Shown here: one piece after another, positions 49,128-57,865 of the stretch
Position numbering within the stretch: the first letter of the stretch is position 1
Layout: the number at the start of each line of letters is the position of its first letter
Source: Chitinophagaceae bacterium
Lineage (GTDB): Bacteria; Bacteroidota; Bacteroidia; Chitinophagales; UBA10324
DNA: 64,000 nucleotides
Assembly: GCA_947474435.1 (NCBI GenBank)
Contig: CANJII010000008.1
Coordinates: 139 to 64,138, forward strand
Direction of reading: 5' to 3'
Made by a program: the position numbers and the translations under genes
Notes under the pieces: model-generated
Seen by the model: the letters and a program-made list of their open reading frames with translations, nothing else
Database searches by the model: none
What the model was told of the DNA's origin: nothing

Positions 49128-49523
49128 ATGAAAAACTTTTTTTCTACTTTATTTATTTTGTTTTTTTTTATTAATGTTACAGCTCAAACTGCGACCTCAC
49201 CTATTGTTAAATCAGTGGGGTGTGTCGAAGGTGATTGTTTGAATTCTTCCGGAAAATATATATTCGAGAATGGCGATAAATTCAATGGTTATTGGAAGGA
49301 TGGAAAAAGAAATGACTAAGGGCGGTATAATTTCAAAAACGGAGATTGGTATATCGGGGACTTTTAAAATGATTTAATTGAAGGTAAGGGTGTCATTCAT
49401 TTGACATCGGGGAAAATAATTAGTGGTCAATGGCAGAAATATGTACTCGTTAAAGTAGATGATGCGAAAGATGTTCAAAACGATACTATGAAATTACCTT
49501 TAATGCAAGTAGTTAAGAATTAA
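49128..49523 (+). pseudogene. MORN-repeat secreted protein interrupted by two in-frame TAA codons
   Basis: A single frame reads MKNFFSTLFILFFFINVTAQ...GDKFNGYWKDGKRND*GRYNFKNGDWYIGDF*NDLIEGKGVIHLTSGKIISGQWQKY...VVKN*. Internal stops are at 49317-49319 and 49365-49367. Confidence 0.7.
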
Positions 49524-49559
49524 AGATTTTTAATAAAAATATTATTGTAAAAAGGAAGT

Positions 49560-49913
49560 TCAAACAGCATCTACCGTTTGGGCCTCTACTGCGATAGTTA
49601 AAATAAAATCGCTGTTCATACTGAACTTGAAATAACCAATCCCGATTTGCTGTTTCATTGCTAAATTCTGACGAAGTGTTTCAGATAAGTCTTTAGCAAT
49701 TGGTGGAATGGAGCTATTATTTAAGACACGGCTGTCTCTCATTTCAAGATCGAATTCAAAAGATATTTTTTTTCTTTTACTGGCTACCTGAAATTCAGGC
49801 TTATATAAAGAGAAAGATACAGACTCGTTTTTTCGCTGAGATTCTTTAATTTTCATAGCAATTACAGGAAGGTATTTTTTCCAAACTGCCTGATATACAT
49901 CTAACTCTTTCAT
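49560..49913 (-). CDS. Hypothetical protein (117 aa)
   Basis: Clean ORF with no recognised family or signal peptide. Confidence 0.45.
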   Translation of the reverse strand: MKELDVYQAVWKKYLPVIAMKIKESQRKNESVSFSLYKPEFQVASKRKKISFEFDLEMRDSRVLNNSSIPPIAKDLSETLRQNLAMKQQIGIGYFKFSMNSDFILTIAVEAQTVDAV

Positions 49914-50041
49914 TTTAAAATTTTTGTAAAGATAATCAAAAGAAATTAATCAGATTTTCAACAATAATTTATTAAAATACAGGTAGAAATGGGAAGTGCT
50001 TTCATGGAAATGAATTGTATTTTTGAAAAAAAATAAAAAAC

Positions 50042-50800
50042 TTGATTTTTTCTAACAGGTTAAAAAAACTGTACTTTTTTGCTGCGATAATTTCTATCAC
50101 CAATCTTTTTTATTCCTGTGGATTTTTCTCAAATGAAAAAGAAACTGAAAAGAAACATGAGATTGGAATGCTACCGGCTGAAGACCGAAAATATGTTTTA
50201 AAATCAGCTATAATTAAACTAAAAAGCGCAAAACAGATTTTAGGCTCCGATATCGAAACCACCATTTATATAGATGATTATGGTGATAAATATTGCAACA
50301 TTACTGATACCAAGTTGAAATATAAAAACACAACCATTGTAACAAGTTCAGTTAGTATAACAAAAAATGATTTTACATATAATTATAATCCTGAAAAAAA
50401 AATCGGAACTAAAAGCAAAAACAAAGGCAATTTTAATCCAATGCATATTGATTTTGCAAGTATGGATAAACAATCGCTGGATGCAAACGGAATTAGCAGA
50501 GTTGGCGAAACAGAGTGTTTGGGAAGAACTTGCGAAGTTTATATAATGGAAAATGCAGCGTTGGAAATGAGTGGGCGATATGAAGTCTGGAATAAAATTC
50601 CTTTAAAATTTTCAACGAGAATTGGTACATCGCAAATGGAAATGTATGCAGTTGAAATTTTGGAATCTCCTGTTATTCCTGAAAAAATTTTTGAGATACC
50701 GGATAACATTAAATTTACTGATGCTGTAAATCCTTTAGCATCACCATCCGAACCTGCTCCTTCAGACTCTCTGCAGAATCTCCCTTCTTTGGGAAAATAG
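50042..50800 (+). CDS. Putative lipoprotein, unknown function
   Basis: 252 aa with a TTG start. Lipobox-like ..ITNLFYSC|G. The 3' end overlaps the convergent acyltransferase gene by 86 nt. Confidence 0.5.
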   Translation: MIFSNRLKKLYFFAAIISITNLFYSCGFFSNEKETEKKHEIGMLPAEDRKYVLKSAIIKLKSAKQILGSDIETTIYIDDYGDKYCNITDTKLKYKNTTIVTSSVSITKNDFTYNYNPEKKIGTKSKNKGNFNPMHIDFASMDKQSLDANGISRVGETECLGRTCEVYIMENAALEMSGRYEVWNKIPLKFSTRIGTSQMEMYAVEILESPVIPEKIFEIPDNIKFTDAVNPLASPSEPAPSDSLQNLPSLGK

Positions 50801-51440
50801 GGGGACTCCACAAGCATTCTATCACGCCGGGCTTCAGTTTAAATCCATGTAATAAATTTCCGGAATTTCTTATGGTCATTGGTACAAGCGGTATTCCGGT
50901 GTCTAATGAAAGTTTAAAGGCACCATCATAAAAATTTTTCAAAGGCTCACCTGTTTTATTTCTAGTACCTTCCGGAAATAAATAAATACTTATTCCTTCA
51001 TTCAACGAGCGTTTCATGTTTTCTAAACTTCTTGCCCGGCTTGCTTCATCTTTTCGGTTCACACTTAAATACAATTTGCGAATGATATAACCGAAGAAGG
51101 GAATTTTTACTAATTCTTCTTTTGATAAATACCGGAATGTAACAGGTGTAACGAGTGCGCAAACCGGAACATCCAAAAGCGAGGTATGATTACTAACGAA
51201 AATGTATACACCATCTTTTTTAAGTTGGTGTTTTCGTTTAACATTCACCCTTATCAAATAAAAGATGAAAAGGGTTTTAGCCATTCCATAAGAAATTTTG
51301 TGTGCAGCGTGTGGTGTTTTTTTTCCGAAAATATTTGTAGTGAACAATAAAAAATAAAACGGAACACAAATAATAATAACTATTGATACAATCAGCGCTG
51401 CATAAATTCCATAAAGCGTTTTTAAAAAATTTTGAATCAT
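50715..51440 (-). CDS. 1-acyl-sn-glycerol-3-phosphate acyltransferase family protein (second paralog)
   Basis: 241 aa. NHTSLLD (HX4D) and FPEGTRN, with an N-terminal TM segment. Confidence 0.85.
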   Translation of the reverse strand: MIQNFLKTLYGIYAALIVSIVIIICVPFYFLLFTTNIFGKKTPHAAHKISYGMAKTLFIFYLIRVNVKRKHQLKKDGVYIFVSNHTSLLDVPVCALVTPVTFRYLSKEELVKIPFFGYIIRKLYLSVNRKDEASRARSLENMKRSLNEGISIYLFPEGTRNKTGEPLKNFYDGAFKLSLDTGIPLVPMTIRNSGNLLHGFKLKPGVIECLWSPPIFPKKGDSAESLKEQVRMVMLKDLQHQ

Positions 51441-51446
51441 CAGATT

Positions 51447-52163
51447 TTATTTCAATTGGCGCAAATACATTTGAATGGTGTTTTCCAATCCATAGTATAA
51501 AGCATCACAAATAAGCGCATGCCCAATGGAAACTTCGGCAGTGAACGGAATATTTATTTTGAAGAAATTCAGATTATCCAGATTCAAATCGTGACCGGCA
51601 TTAATTGATAAACCCAGTGTCTGGGCATATTTTGCTGATTGAATGTAAGGTTCTATTGCATTGTGTTTATCTGTATTATAAATATGTGCAAAGGAGCCGG
51701 TATAAAGTTCAATGCAATCAGCATTCAAAATTTTTGCTCCTTCAATAAATTGTTCTATCGGATCAACAAACAGCGAAACACGAATTCCGTTTGATTGTAA
51801 TTGTTCAATTATTCCTATTAAAAAATCTTTTTGCTTAATAGTATCCCAACCCTGGTTGCTGGTTATTACATTTTCTGCATCGGGCACTAAAGTGCATTGT
51901 TCTGGTTTAACATCTAAAACCAAATCAAGAAATTCTTTTGAGGGATATCCTTCAATATTAAACTCTGTTGATACCACCTCTTTTAATTGCAGCACATCAT
52001 CATATCGTATGTGTCGTTCATCGGGTCGCGGATGAACCGTTATTCCTTCGGCGCCAAATCGCTCACAATCTTGAGCAGCTTTTATTACATCGGGGATATT
52101 TCCTCCGCGGGCATTTCGCAGCGTGGCAATTTTATTTATGTTGACAGATAGTCGAGTATGCAT
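51447..52163 (-). CDS. pdxJ: Pyridoxine 5'-phosphate synthase
   Basis: Trimmed to the ATG at 52163 (MHTRLSVNINKIATLRNARGG). GITVHPRPDERHI, NAGHDLN and IGHALI. Confidence 0.93.
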   Translation of the reverse strand: MHTRLSVNINKIATLRNARGGNIPDVIKAAQDCERFGAEGITVHPRPDERHIRYDDVLQLKEVVSTEFNIEGYPSKEFLDLVLDVKPEQCTLVPDAENVITSNQGWDTIKQKDFLIGIIEQLQSNGIRVSLFVDPIEQFIEGAKILNADCIELYTGSFAHIYNTDKHNAIEPYIQSAKYAQTLGLSINAGHDLNLDNLNFFKINIPFTAEVSIGHALICDALYYGLENTIQMYLRQLK

Positions 52164-52218
52164 TTTGTTTTTGCGTGCACACAAACATATTAATCGCAGT
52201 CAAAATAATTTGTATTTC

Positions 52219-52965
52219 TTATTCGGCAGTTGCAATTTCTTTATTTAATATCTTTTCAAGCGCAATTGCTTTCGGGAAAAGAATATTGTTTTCTAAATGA
52301 ATGTGAGTAAATAGGTCTTGTGCAAATTCATTCAACTTGGCGTATGATACACGGTAAGTATTGCAGGCCTCTTCATGTTGATTAAAGTTGTTGCTTAATC
52401 GTTGAATTTCTTTTACCAGATCACCAACCACATCGTGTTCATGTTCCATTATGCGAACCGGATTTTGTACAGTTCCAAAACCGGGAGAACTGAAATTGCT
52501 ATTCTCTTTTTTTATTTTCATCATTTGTTTGATGTAGGGAAATAATATTTTTTCCTCCTTCATCATGTGGCTTTTCAAATCATTAACTACTTGTTTCCAC
52601 AATTCAAAAATTTTTACTGTTTCGGTATAAGCATGACCATGAACCTTTGCCACTTTTTCCAGATACTGCGAAATAATTTCCAGATTATTATTGATATAAG
52701 CGTGATGTGTATTGATAATGTAATCGGCTAAAAAATCTATATCCCAATTGTTAAAATTTTGTGAAGGCAAAGTTTTTATTTTTTCAATTTCCTTTAAATC
52801 ATTTTCAACCGATTGAAAATCTATACCTTTTTCAACACAAACTTTTGATAGTGGCTTTTTGCCTCCGCAACAAAAATCAATTCCATACTTTCTAAATACA
52901 TCGGCAGTGCGGTAATCATTTGCTACTAATTCGCCAACTGTTAATTCAGTGTTTTGAGTTTCCAT
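52219..52965 (-). CDS. ric: Iron-sulfur cluster repair di-iron protein (RIC/YtfE/ScdA family)
   Basis: Trimmed to the ATG at 52965. ScdA_N-like TVGELVANDYRTADVFRKYGIDFCCGG, with hemerythrin-like H/E motifs (HH.Y, EE..LFP, HE.E, H..LEN). Confidence 0.85.
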   Translation of the reverse strand: METQNTELTVGELVANDYRTADVFRKYGIDFCCGGKKPLSKVCVEKGIDFQSVENDLKEIEKIKTLPSQNFNNWDIDFLADYIINTHHAYINNNLEIISQYLEKVAKVHGHAYTETVKIFELWKQVVNDLKSHMMKEEKILFPYIKQMMKIKKENSNFSSPGFGTVQNPVRIMEHEHDVVGDLVKEIQRLSNNFNQHEEACNTYRVSYAKLNEFAQDLFTHIHLENNILFPKAIALEKILNKEIATAE

Positions 52966-53124
52966 TTTATATTTATTTATAGCAAGAATAGATGGAATAA
53001 TAAAAGACAAAAATGACTTCTATCATGGCACAGCCACAATGAGTAAATTTTTTTTCTAAAAAAATCAGATTGATTAATGCAAAATCCTGCTTATGAAAAA
53101 ATTTTCAATAGTGAGTTCTGTTTT

Positions 53125-53532
53125 TTAAACCAGATTGTTTATTTCATAAAGAAACAATTTATACATAGCCATAAAATGAATGGTCTTTCTCCTCGATATT
53201 AATATTTCAGATTGATCGGTCATTATTGCTTTAATGGGAAGTGACTTAGATATATAATCAATCTGAAAAAAATTAATGATACATGATTTACTCGCCCTGA
53301 AAAAGTACTTGGAGTTCAGTTTTTTACTTTGATAAGTAAGATTATGTGAACTGATAAAAGGTTTATTGTTTTTTAAATGAAATACAGAATAACTCTTACT
53401 TGCTTCAATTCTTATGATGTCAATTACTCTGACTTTTACATTCCCGGTAGTGAATGATCGAAGTTCAAAAAAATCGGGAAGCAAATCCGAAAATTTAAAA
53501 TCTAAGTGTGGACTATCTGTTGCTTTTTCCAA
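53125..53532 (-). CDS. Stand-alone LytTR DNA-binding domain protein (no receiver domain)
   Basis: 135 aa with a TTG start. I.RIEA..SY...H........S..L......L....FFR..KS.IIN is the LytTR pattern. Confidence 0.65.
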   Translation of the reverse strand: MEKATDSPHLDFKFSDLLPDFFELRSFTTGNVKVRVIDIIRIEASKSYSVFHLKNNKPFISSHNLTYQSKKLNSKYFFRASKSCIINFFQIDYISKSLPIKAIMTDQSEILISRRKTIHFMAMYKLFLYEINNLV

Positions 53533-53710
53533 ATCAGTTTTTTTTTCATTGGGAAAAGTATTGTCGAACTTTTTTTTTTACTAATTCTGTTATTCACAGA
53601 AATACTCATTTAATAAAATTTACTAAACAATTTTTATTATCGGTAATCTTTTTTTTCTTGAATTTTATCAAGCAGCTGAACTATAAGGATAAATATTTTT
53701 GCTATAACAA

Positions 53711-54098
53711 ATGCAAAAAAAAATGACACAAATAACAAAAATTCTATTCCTTATAATGGCGGTTTCAATTAACAGTAATGCTGCAAATAATTATTTTCAA
53801 TATGATAAATAAAAAGTAAATGAATCTTTACTTGAATTGGTTAAAGTTGAAAATTATATTCAAGAAAGTAAACAGACTTTTGATTAAGCATTAATTACGA
53901 ATCCTGAATTATTTGACCAGACACATCTCACTTCAGATGAAAATTCGGAAATTAAATCAACTTCACTTCCCTTGGGGATTCCTGCATTCATTTTGGGCGC
54001 TGTCTAGGCCGATTGGTGTATTGGTGGTTTGCCTGACTGTAAATTGTGGTGAGAAGGAAATAGTAAGTGCAATTGGCGGATGTTTAATCAATGGTTGA
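53711..54098 (+). pseudogene. Decayed small secreted/membrane protein gene (two TAA, one TAG, one frameshift)
   Basis: One frame reads MQKKMTQITKILFLIMAVSINSNAANNYFQYDK*KVNESLLELVKVENYIQESKQTFD*ALITNPELFDQTHLTSDENSEIKSTSLPLGIPAFILGAV*. The +1 frame continues RPIGVLVVCLTVNCGEKEIVSAIGGCLING*. Confidence 0.5.
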
Positions 54099-54378
54099 AT
54101 TATAACGGCCTGAATTTTAATTTATCAAATACTAAAAGCTATAAGTGAATCGTGTGCTGGTGGATTTGGATATTTGTTATGTTAAATAAAAATGTTTTCG
54201 TGTAAATTATTTGAAGCAAGATAAAGGGAATCAGGTGAATTATTTATATACACTTTTGATTAAAAAATCAATGTGAATTAAATAAGCAGAATGAATAAGT
54301 AGTGATTTACATTGAAGAGAATAAAATAAAAAATACATATTGAATTATACTCGTTAGAAGTCCATTCAGTATAAAATA

Positions 54379-56316
54379 TTAAAAGAAAAATAAAATCACA
54401 ATCAATCCAAGTATCCCGAACAAAAACGCCAAAGCATATCCCTGCACTTTACCTGATTGCACAGGTTTAATGGTTTCAGAAAATGCTTCGGTTAAAAATG
54501 CTGTAGTGTTCACCGCACCATTCACAATTTTTTTATCAAACCACGAACTGAATGCACCTACCACATTGAACAAAATTTTCTGTGAAACGAACTGATACAT
54601 TTCATCGAAATAAAATTTATGATATGCAAAATTGTAGAGTTGAGAAATGTTGTTTGAAATTTTATCGGATAAATTATTTTTCTTCCTATAAAAAATTGTT
54701 GCAATAATTATTGCAAAAAGCGATAAACCAACAGCCATTAATGTAATATTCAAATGAAATTCACTTTCATAAGGCTGACAATCGCTTGTAACTAATTGAT
54801 GAAACGGAACAAACCCTGCACCCACTGCACCCAGCATGAGGATGATTAACGGCAATTTCATATTCCATGAACCTTCGCTATGATGTTCGTGCGTATCGTG
54901 ATGACTTAAATATTCTTTATTCCAAAAAGTAAGAAAATACAAACGGAACATGTAGAATGAAGTGAGTCCGGCAGTGAGCCATGCGATATAAAAAATAGTT
55001 TGATTGTGTGCGAAAGCAGAAGCCAGTATTTCTTCCTTACTAAAAAATCCAGAGAGCGGAGGTATTCCTGCAATTGCTAAACACGCCAACAGAAAACACA
55101 AATGAGTGATGGGCATTTTCTTTCGCAGTCCACCCATGTCTTTCACTTCATTACTATGAACATAATGAATCACTGAACCGGCGCACAAAAACAAAAGCGC
55201 TTTAAAAAATGCATGTGTGAACAAATGAAACATGGAAGCACTGAACCCTTCACCATTCAAACCACCATACTGAGATACACCAAGCGCTGCAAGCATGTAA
55301 CCGATTTGTGAAATGGTGGAGTAAGCAAGAACACGCTTAATATCTGTTTGCGTACATGCGATAATTGCTGCAAGAGCAGATGAAATAATTCCGATGTAAC
55401 CAATTATTTCTAAAAGATGAGGAGAAGAAATTGCATAAACCGGGAACAACCTTGCTACTAAATACACACCAGCTACAACCATTGTTGCCGCATGGATAAG
55501 AGCAGAAACAGGAGTAGGACCTTCCATTGCATCGGGCAACCAGATGTGCAATGGAAACATAGCAGACTTTCCTGCACCACCAATAAACACCAATGCCAAT
55601 CCCCATGTGAGTGAACTTGCTCCCATGAAACCAGTGAAAGTTGCAGATGCATAAAATGTTGTATCACTTGTAGTGAGTCGAGCAATTAGTGTTTGAATAT
55701 CAAGCGTGCCGGCATGAAACGAAAGAATCAAAATGCCAATGAGAAATCCTAAATCAGCAAATCGCGTAACGATGAATGCTTTTTTAGCTGCAGCTACTGC
55801 TGATGGTTTTGTAAAATAATATCCGATGAGCAAGTAGGATGATACACCAACCAATTCCCAGAAAAAATACATCTGAAAAAGATTGGTTGCTATCACTAAT
55901 CCAAGCATGGAGAAAGTAAATAAATCGAGGAAGGAATAATAAACGGCGAATCGTTCTTCGCCCTTCATGTAGCCCAAGCTATAAATGTGAACCATCAGCG
56001 AAATGAAAGTGACAACCACTAACATCATCACACTGATGGGGTCGAGGATAATTCCCATATCAATACTTAATCCGGGTGAAAATCGCAGCCACTCTAACTT
56101 CATTGGACTGATTGCCTGATAAATTCCATTAGTCATTCCAACAACAAAAAAATAATTGTATGCAACTGCAAGGGATAACAAAGTAGATACTCCCAAAATG
56201 AAAACAGAAATAATTCCTGATGCCTTTGGTAAGTGTTTCTTTCCGAAGAATGTAATGAACAAGAATGAGAACAGCGGAAGAAGTGGAATCAGTAAGAGTG
56301 TAGATGCATTCAACAT
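54379..56316 (-). CDS. nuoL: NADH-quinone oxidoreductase subunit L
   Basis: 645 aa. ND5-family pattern (..WELVGVSSYLLIGYYF.., ..HAATMVVAGVYL..). Confidence 0.95.
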   Translation of the reverse strand: MLNASTLLLIPLLPLFSFLFITFFGKKHLPKASGIISVFILGVSTLLSLAVAYNYFFVVGMTNGIYQAISPMKLEWLRFSPGLSIDMGIILDPISVMMLVVVTFISLMVHIYSLGYMKGEERFAVYYSFLDLFTFSMLGLVIATNLFQMYFFWELVGVSSYLLIGYYFTKPSAVAAAKKAFIVTRFADLGFLIGILILSFHAGTLDIQTLIARLTTSDTTFYASATFTGFMGASSLTWGLALVFIGGAGKSAMFPLHIWLPDAMEGPTPVSALIHAATMVVAGVYLVARLFPVYAISSPHLLEIIGYIGIISSALAAIIACTQTDIKRVLAYSTISQIGYMLAALGVSQYGGLNGEGFSASMFHLFTHAFFKALLFLCAGSVIHYVHSNEVKDMGGLRKKMPITHLCFLLACLAIAGIPPLSGFFSKEEILASAFAHNQTIFYIAWLTAGLTSFYMFRLYFLTFWNKEYLSHHDTHEHHSEGSWNMKLPLIILMLGAVGAGFVPFHQLVTSDCQPYESEFHLNITLMAVGLSLFAIIIATIFYRKKNNLSDKISNNISQLYNFAYHKFYFDEMYQFVSQKILFNVVGAFSSWFDKKIVNGAVNTTAFLTEAFSETIKPVQSGKVQGYALAFLFGILGLIVILFFF

Positions 56317-56328
56317 TTTTCTTTCCGT

Positions 56329-56643
56329 TTAAAATTTTAGTTCATCAACTTGTTCAGGGTCAATGGAATTTATCTTTCTGTAAAGTGAAATAATAATTGC
56401 AATTGCAACAGCTGCTTCGGCAGCTGCGATGGTGATAATGAATAAAGTAAAAATCACACCATCAATATTTGGATGAAGATATCTGTTGAAGGCAACAAGA
56501 TTTATGTTCACACTGTTCAATATTAATTCTACTGACATCAGCATGGTAATCATGTTTCTTCTGGTGAGAAAACCATACGCACCAATAAAAAATAAAGCTG
56601 TGCTCAGAAAAAGAATGTGCGTGAGTGGTACCTGGTCAATCAT
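56329..56643 (-). CDS. nuoK: NADH-quinone oxidoreductase subunit K
   Basis: 104 aa with 3 TM segments. MSVELILNSVN and AAAEAAVAIAI. Confidence 0.95.
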   Translation of the reverse strand: MIDQVPLTHILFLSTALFFIGAYGFLTRRNMITMLMSVELILNSVNINLVAFNRYLHPNIDGVIFTLFIITIAAAEAAVAIAIIISLYRKINSIDPEQVDELKF

Positions 56644-57158
56644 TTGTGTGTGCGGATTTTAATTGCAATAACAATACAACCAACCATTGCTGCCAGCAAT
56701 AACAAACTCACCGCTTCAAAAGGAAGCAAGTAACTTCCATTACCTGTACTTAACAATGCGCGACCAACATCAGCAACCTGCATAGTATGATTTAATGCAT
56801 CACCTGTTTGTTCAAATGAATATCTGTTTAGTAATGAAAATACAAAAGCAAATCCTGCAAAACAACCGGTGAATGCAAATGCTTCACGAATGCTGACAGG
56901 TTCTTCAATGGTATGCCCGGGATTGTGAGTGAGGAAAATTGAAAAAATAATCAGCACCACAATTCCACCGACATAAACAATGGTTTGTACCGCTGCAATG
57001 AATTCGTAATGCATCCAGTAATACAATGCAGCAATTCCGATTAACGAAACAAGCAATGCAATAGCCGCACGAAATATTTTTCGTGCAGTTACTGCCAGCA
57101 ATGCTCCACCAAGAATCATTGATGCAATTATGTAAAACCAGATTTGATATGCAGTCAT
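56640..57158 (-). CDS. nuoJ: NADH-quinone oxidoreductase subunit J
   Basis: 172 aa. ND6-like (..AVQTIVYVGGIVVLIIF..). ATGA overlap with nuoK. Confidence 0.9.
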   Translation of the reverse strand: MTAYQIWFYIIASMILGGALLAVTARKIFRAAIALLVSLIGIAALYYWMHYEFIAAVQTIVYVGGIVVLIIFSIFLTHNPGHTIEEPVSIREAFAFTGCFAGFAFVFSLLNRYSFEQTGDALNHTMQVADVGRALLSTGNGSYLLPFEAVSLLLLAAMVGCIVIAIKIRTHK

Positions 57159-57284
57159 TTTTATTTAGCTGTTAGGTTTTAGCAATTAGCTTTTAGGTTG
57201 TTCTGTTTTTATTATTTCTACTATTCAATTTATTTTTCTCAAACTGTATTAACTGCAGATTGCCTACTGTTAACTGCCTACTGC

Positions 57285-57761
57285 TTATTCTACTCCGGTC
57301 ATTATTTTACTCTCCGGTTTATTTAAAACCTTTAACAATTTTGTTCTGTCGAAAACGCTGTGTTCAAAATTATTTGCCATTATAATGGCATCAGTCGGAC
57401 AAGCGACAATGCACAGATTACACATGGTGCAGGTATCTAAATGATAAACAAAAGTGTCAATGGCTTTTTTCTTTTTGCCTTCTTCATTCACCACAAACTT
57501 GGTCAGAATTTTTATTGAACCATTCGGACACGCCAATTCACAAGCAGTGCAACCGGTGCAGCGATGTTCGTTGCTTTCATTGTGAGGCATTACTACTTCA
57601 CCACGAAAACGCTCAGCTAATTTTAACGACTCACGATTTTCAGGATATTCTTGCGTTAACGAATCACCACGGCGCACGAAGTAAAGTCCGGTCAGGCGCA
57701 TACCTGCTGCCAGAGACTTTAATCCTTTATAAATATTTCCAAAGTAATTGCCGAGAGTCAT
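57285..57761 (-). CDS. nuoI: NADH-quinone oxidoreductase subunit I (2x[4Fe-4S])
   Basis: 158 aa. CTGCTACELACP and CTMCNLCIVACP. Confidence 0.95.
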   Translation of the reverse strand: MTLGNYFGNIYKGLKSLAAGMRLTGLYFVRRGDSLTQEYPENRESLKLAERFRGEVVMPHNESNEHRCTGCTACELACPNGSIKILTKFVVNEEGKKKKAIDTFVYHLDTCTMCNLCIVACPTDAIIMANNFEHSVFDRTKLLKVLNKPESKIMTGVE

Positions 57762-57835
57762 TGAGGAATGTTATTCGTTAAATGTTATTTGTTATTAGTA
57801 GCAACTTTAAAAATCATTAAACTCATTTGCATCAT

Positions 57836-57858
57836 CATTTCACTATCAAATTATCAAA
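57836..57858. repeat. Copy B of the dispersed 23-nt post-stop motif
   Basis: CATTTCACTATCAAATTATCAAA, 8 nt 3' of the nuoH stop (minus strand). Confidence 0.8.
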
Positions 57859-57865
57859 TCAGTAT

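Noticed and set aside
3333-53887. Possibility that TAA is reassigned or read through in this organism
   Set aside because: Many conserved genes here (for example tyrS, thyA by TGA, rpmB, rpmG, ftsY, pdxJ, queA and the T9SS CTDs) end at their expected lengths on TAA, TAG or TGA. Global reassignment is therefore not supported. Pseudogenisation or sequencing error is the simpler explanation.
53533-54378. Remnants of nuoM or nuoN downstream of nuoL
   Set aside because: Six-frame inspection shows no long hydrophobic ND4- or ND2-like reading frame. Only the small decayed gene at 53711-54098 and AT-rich filler are present.
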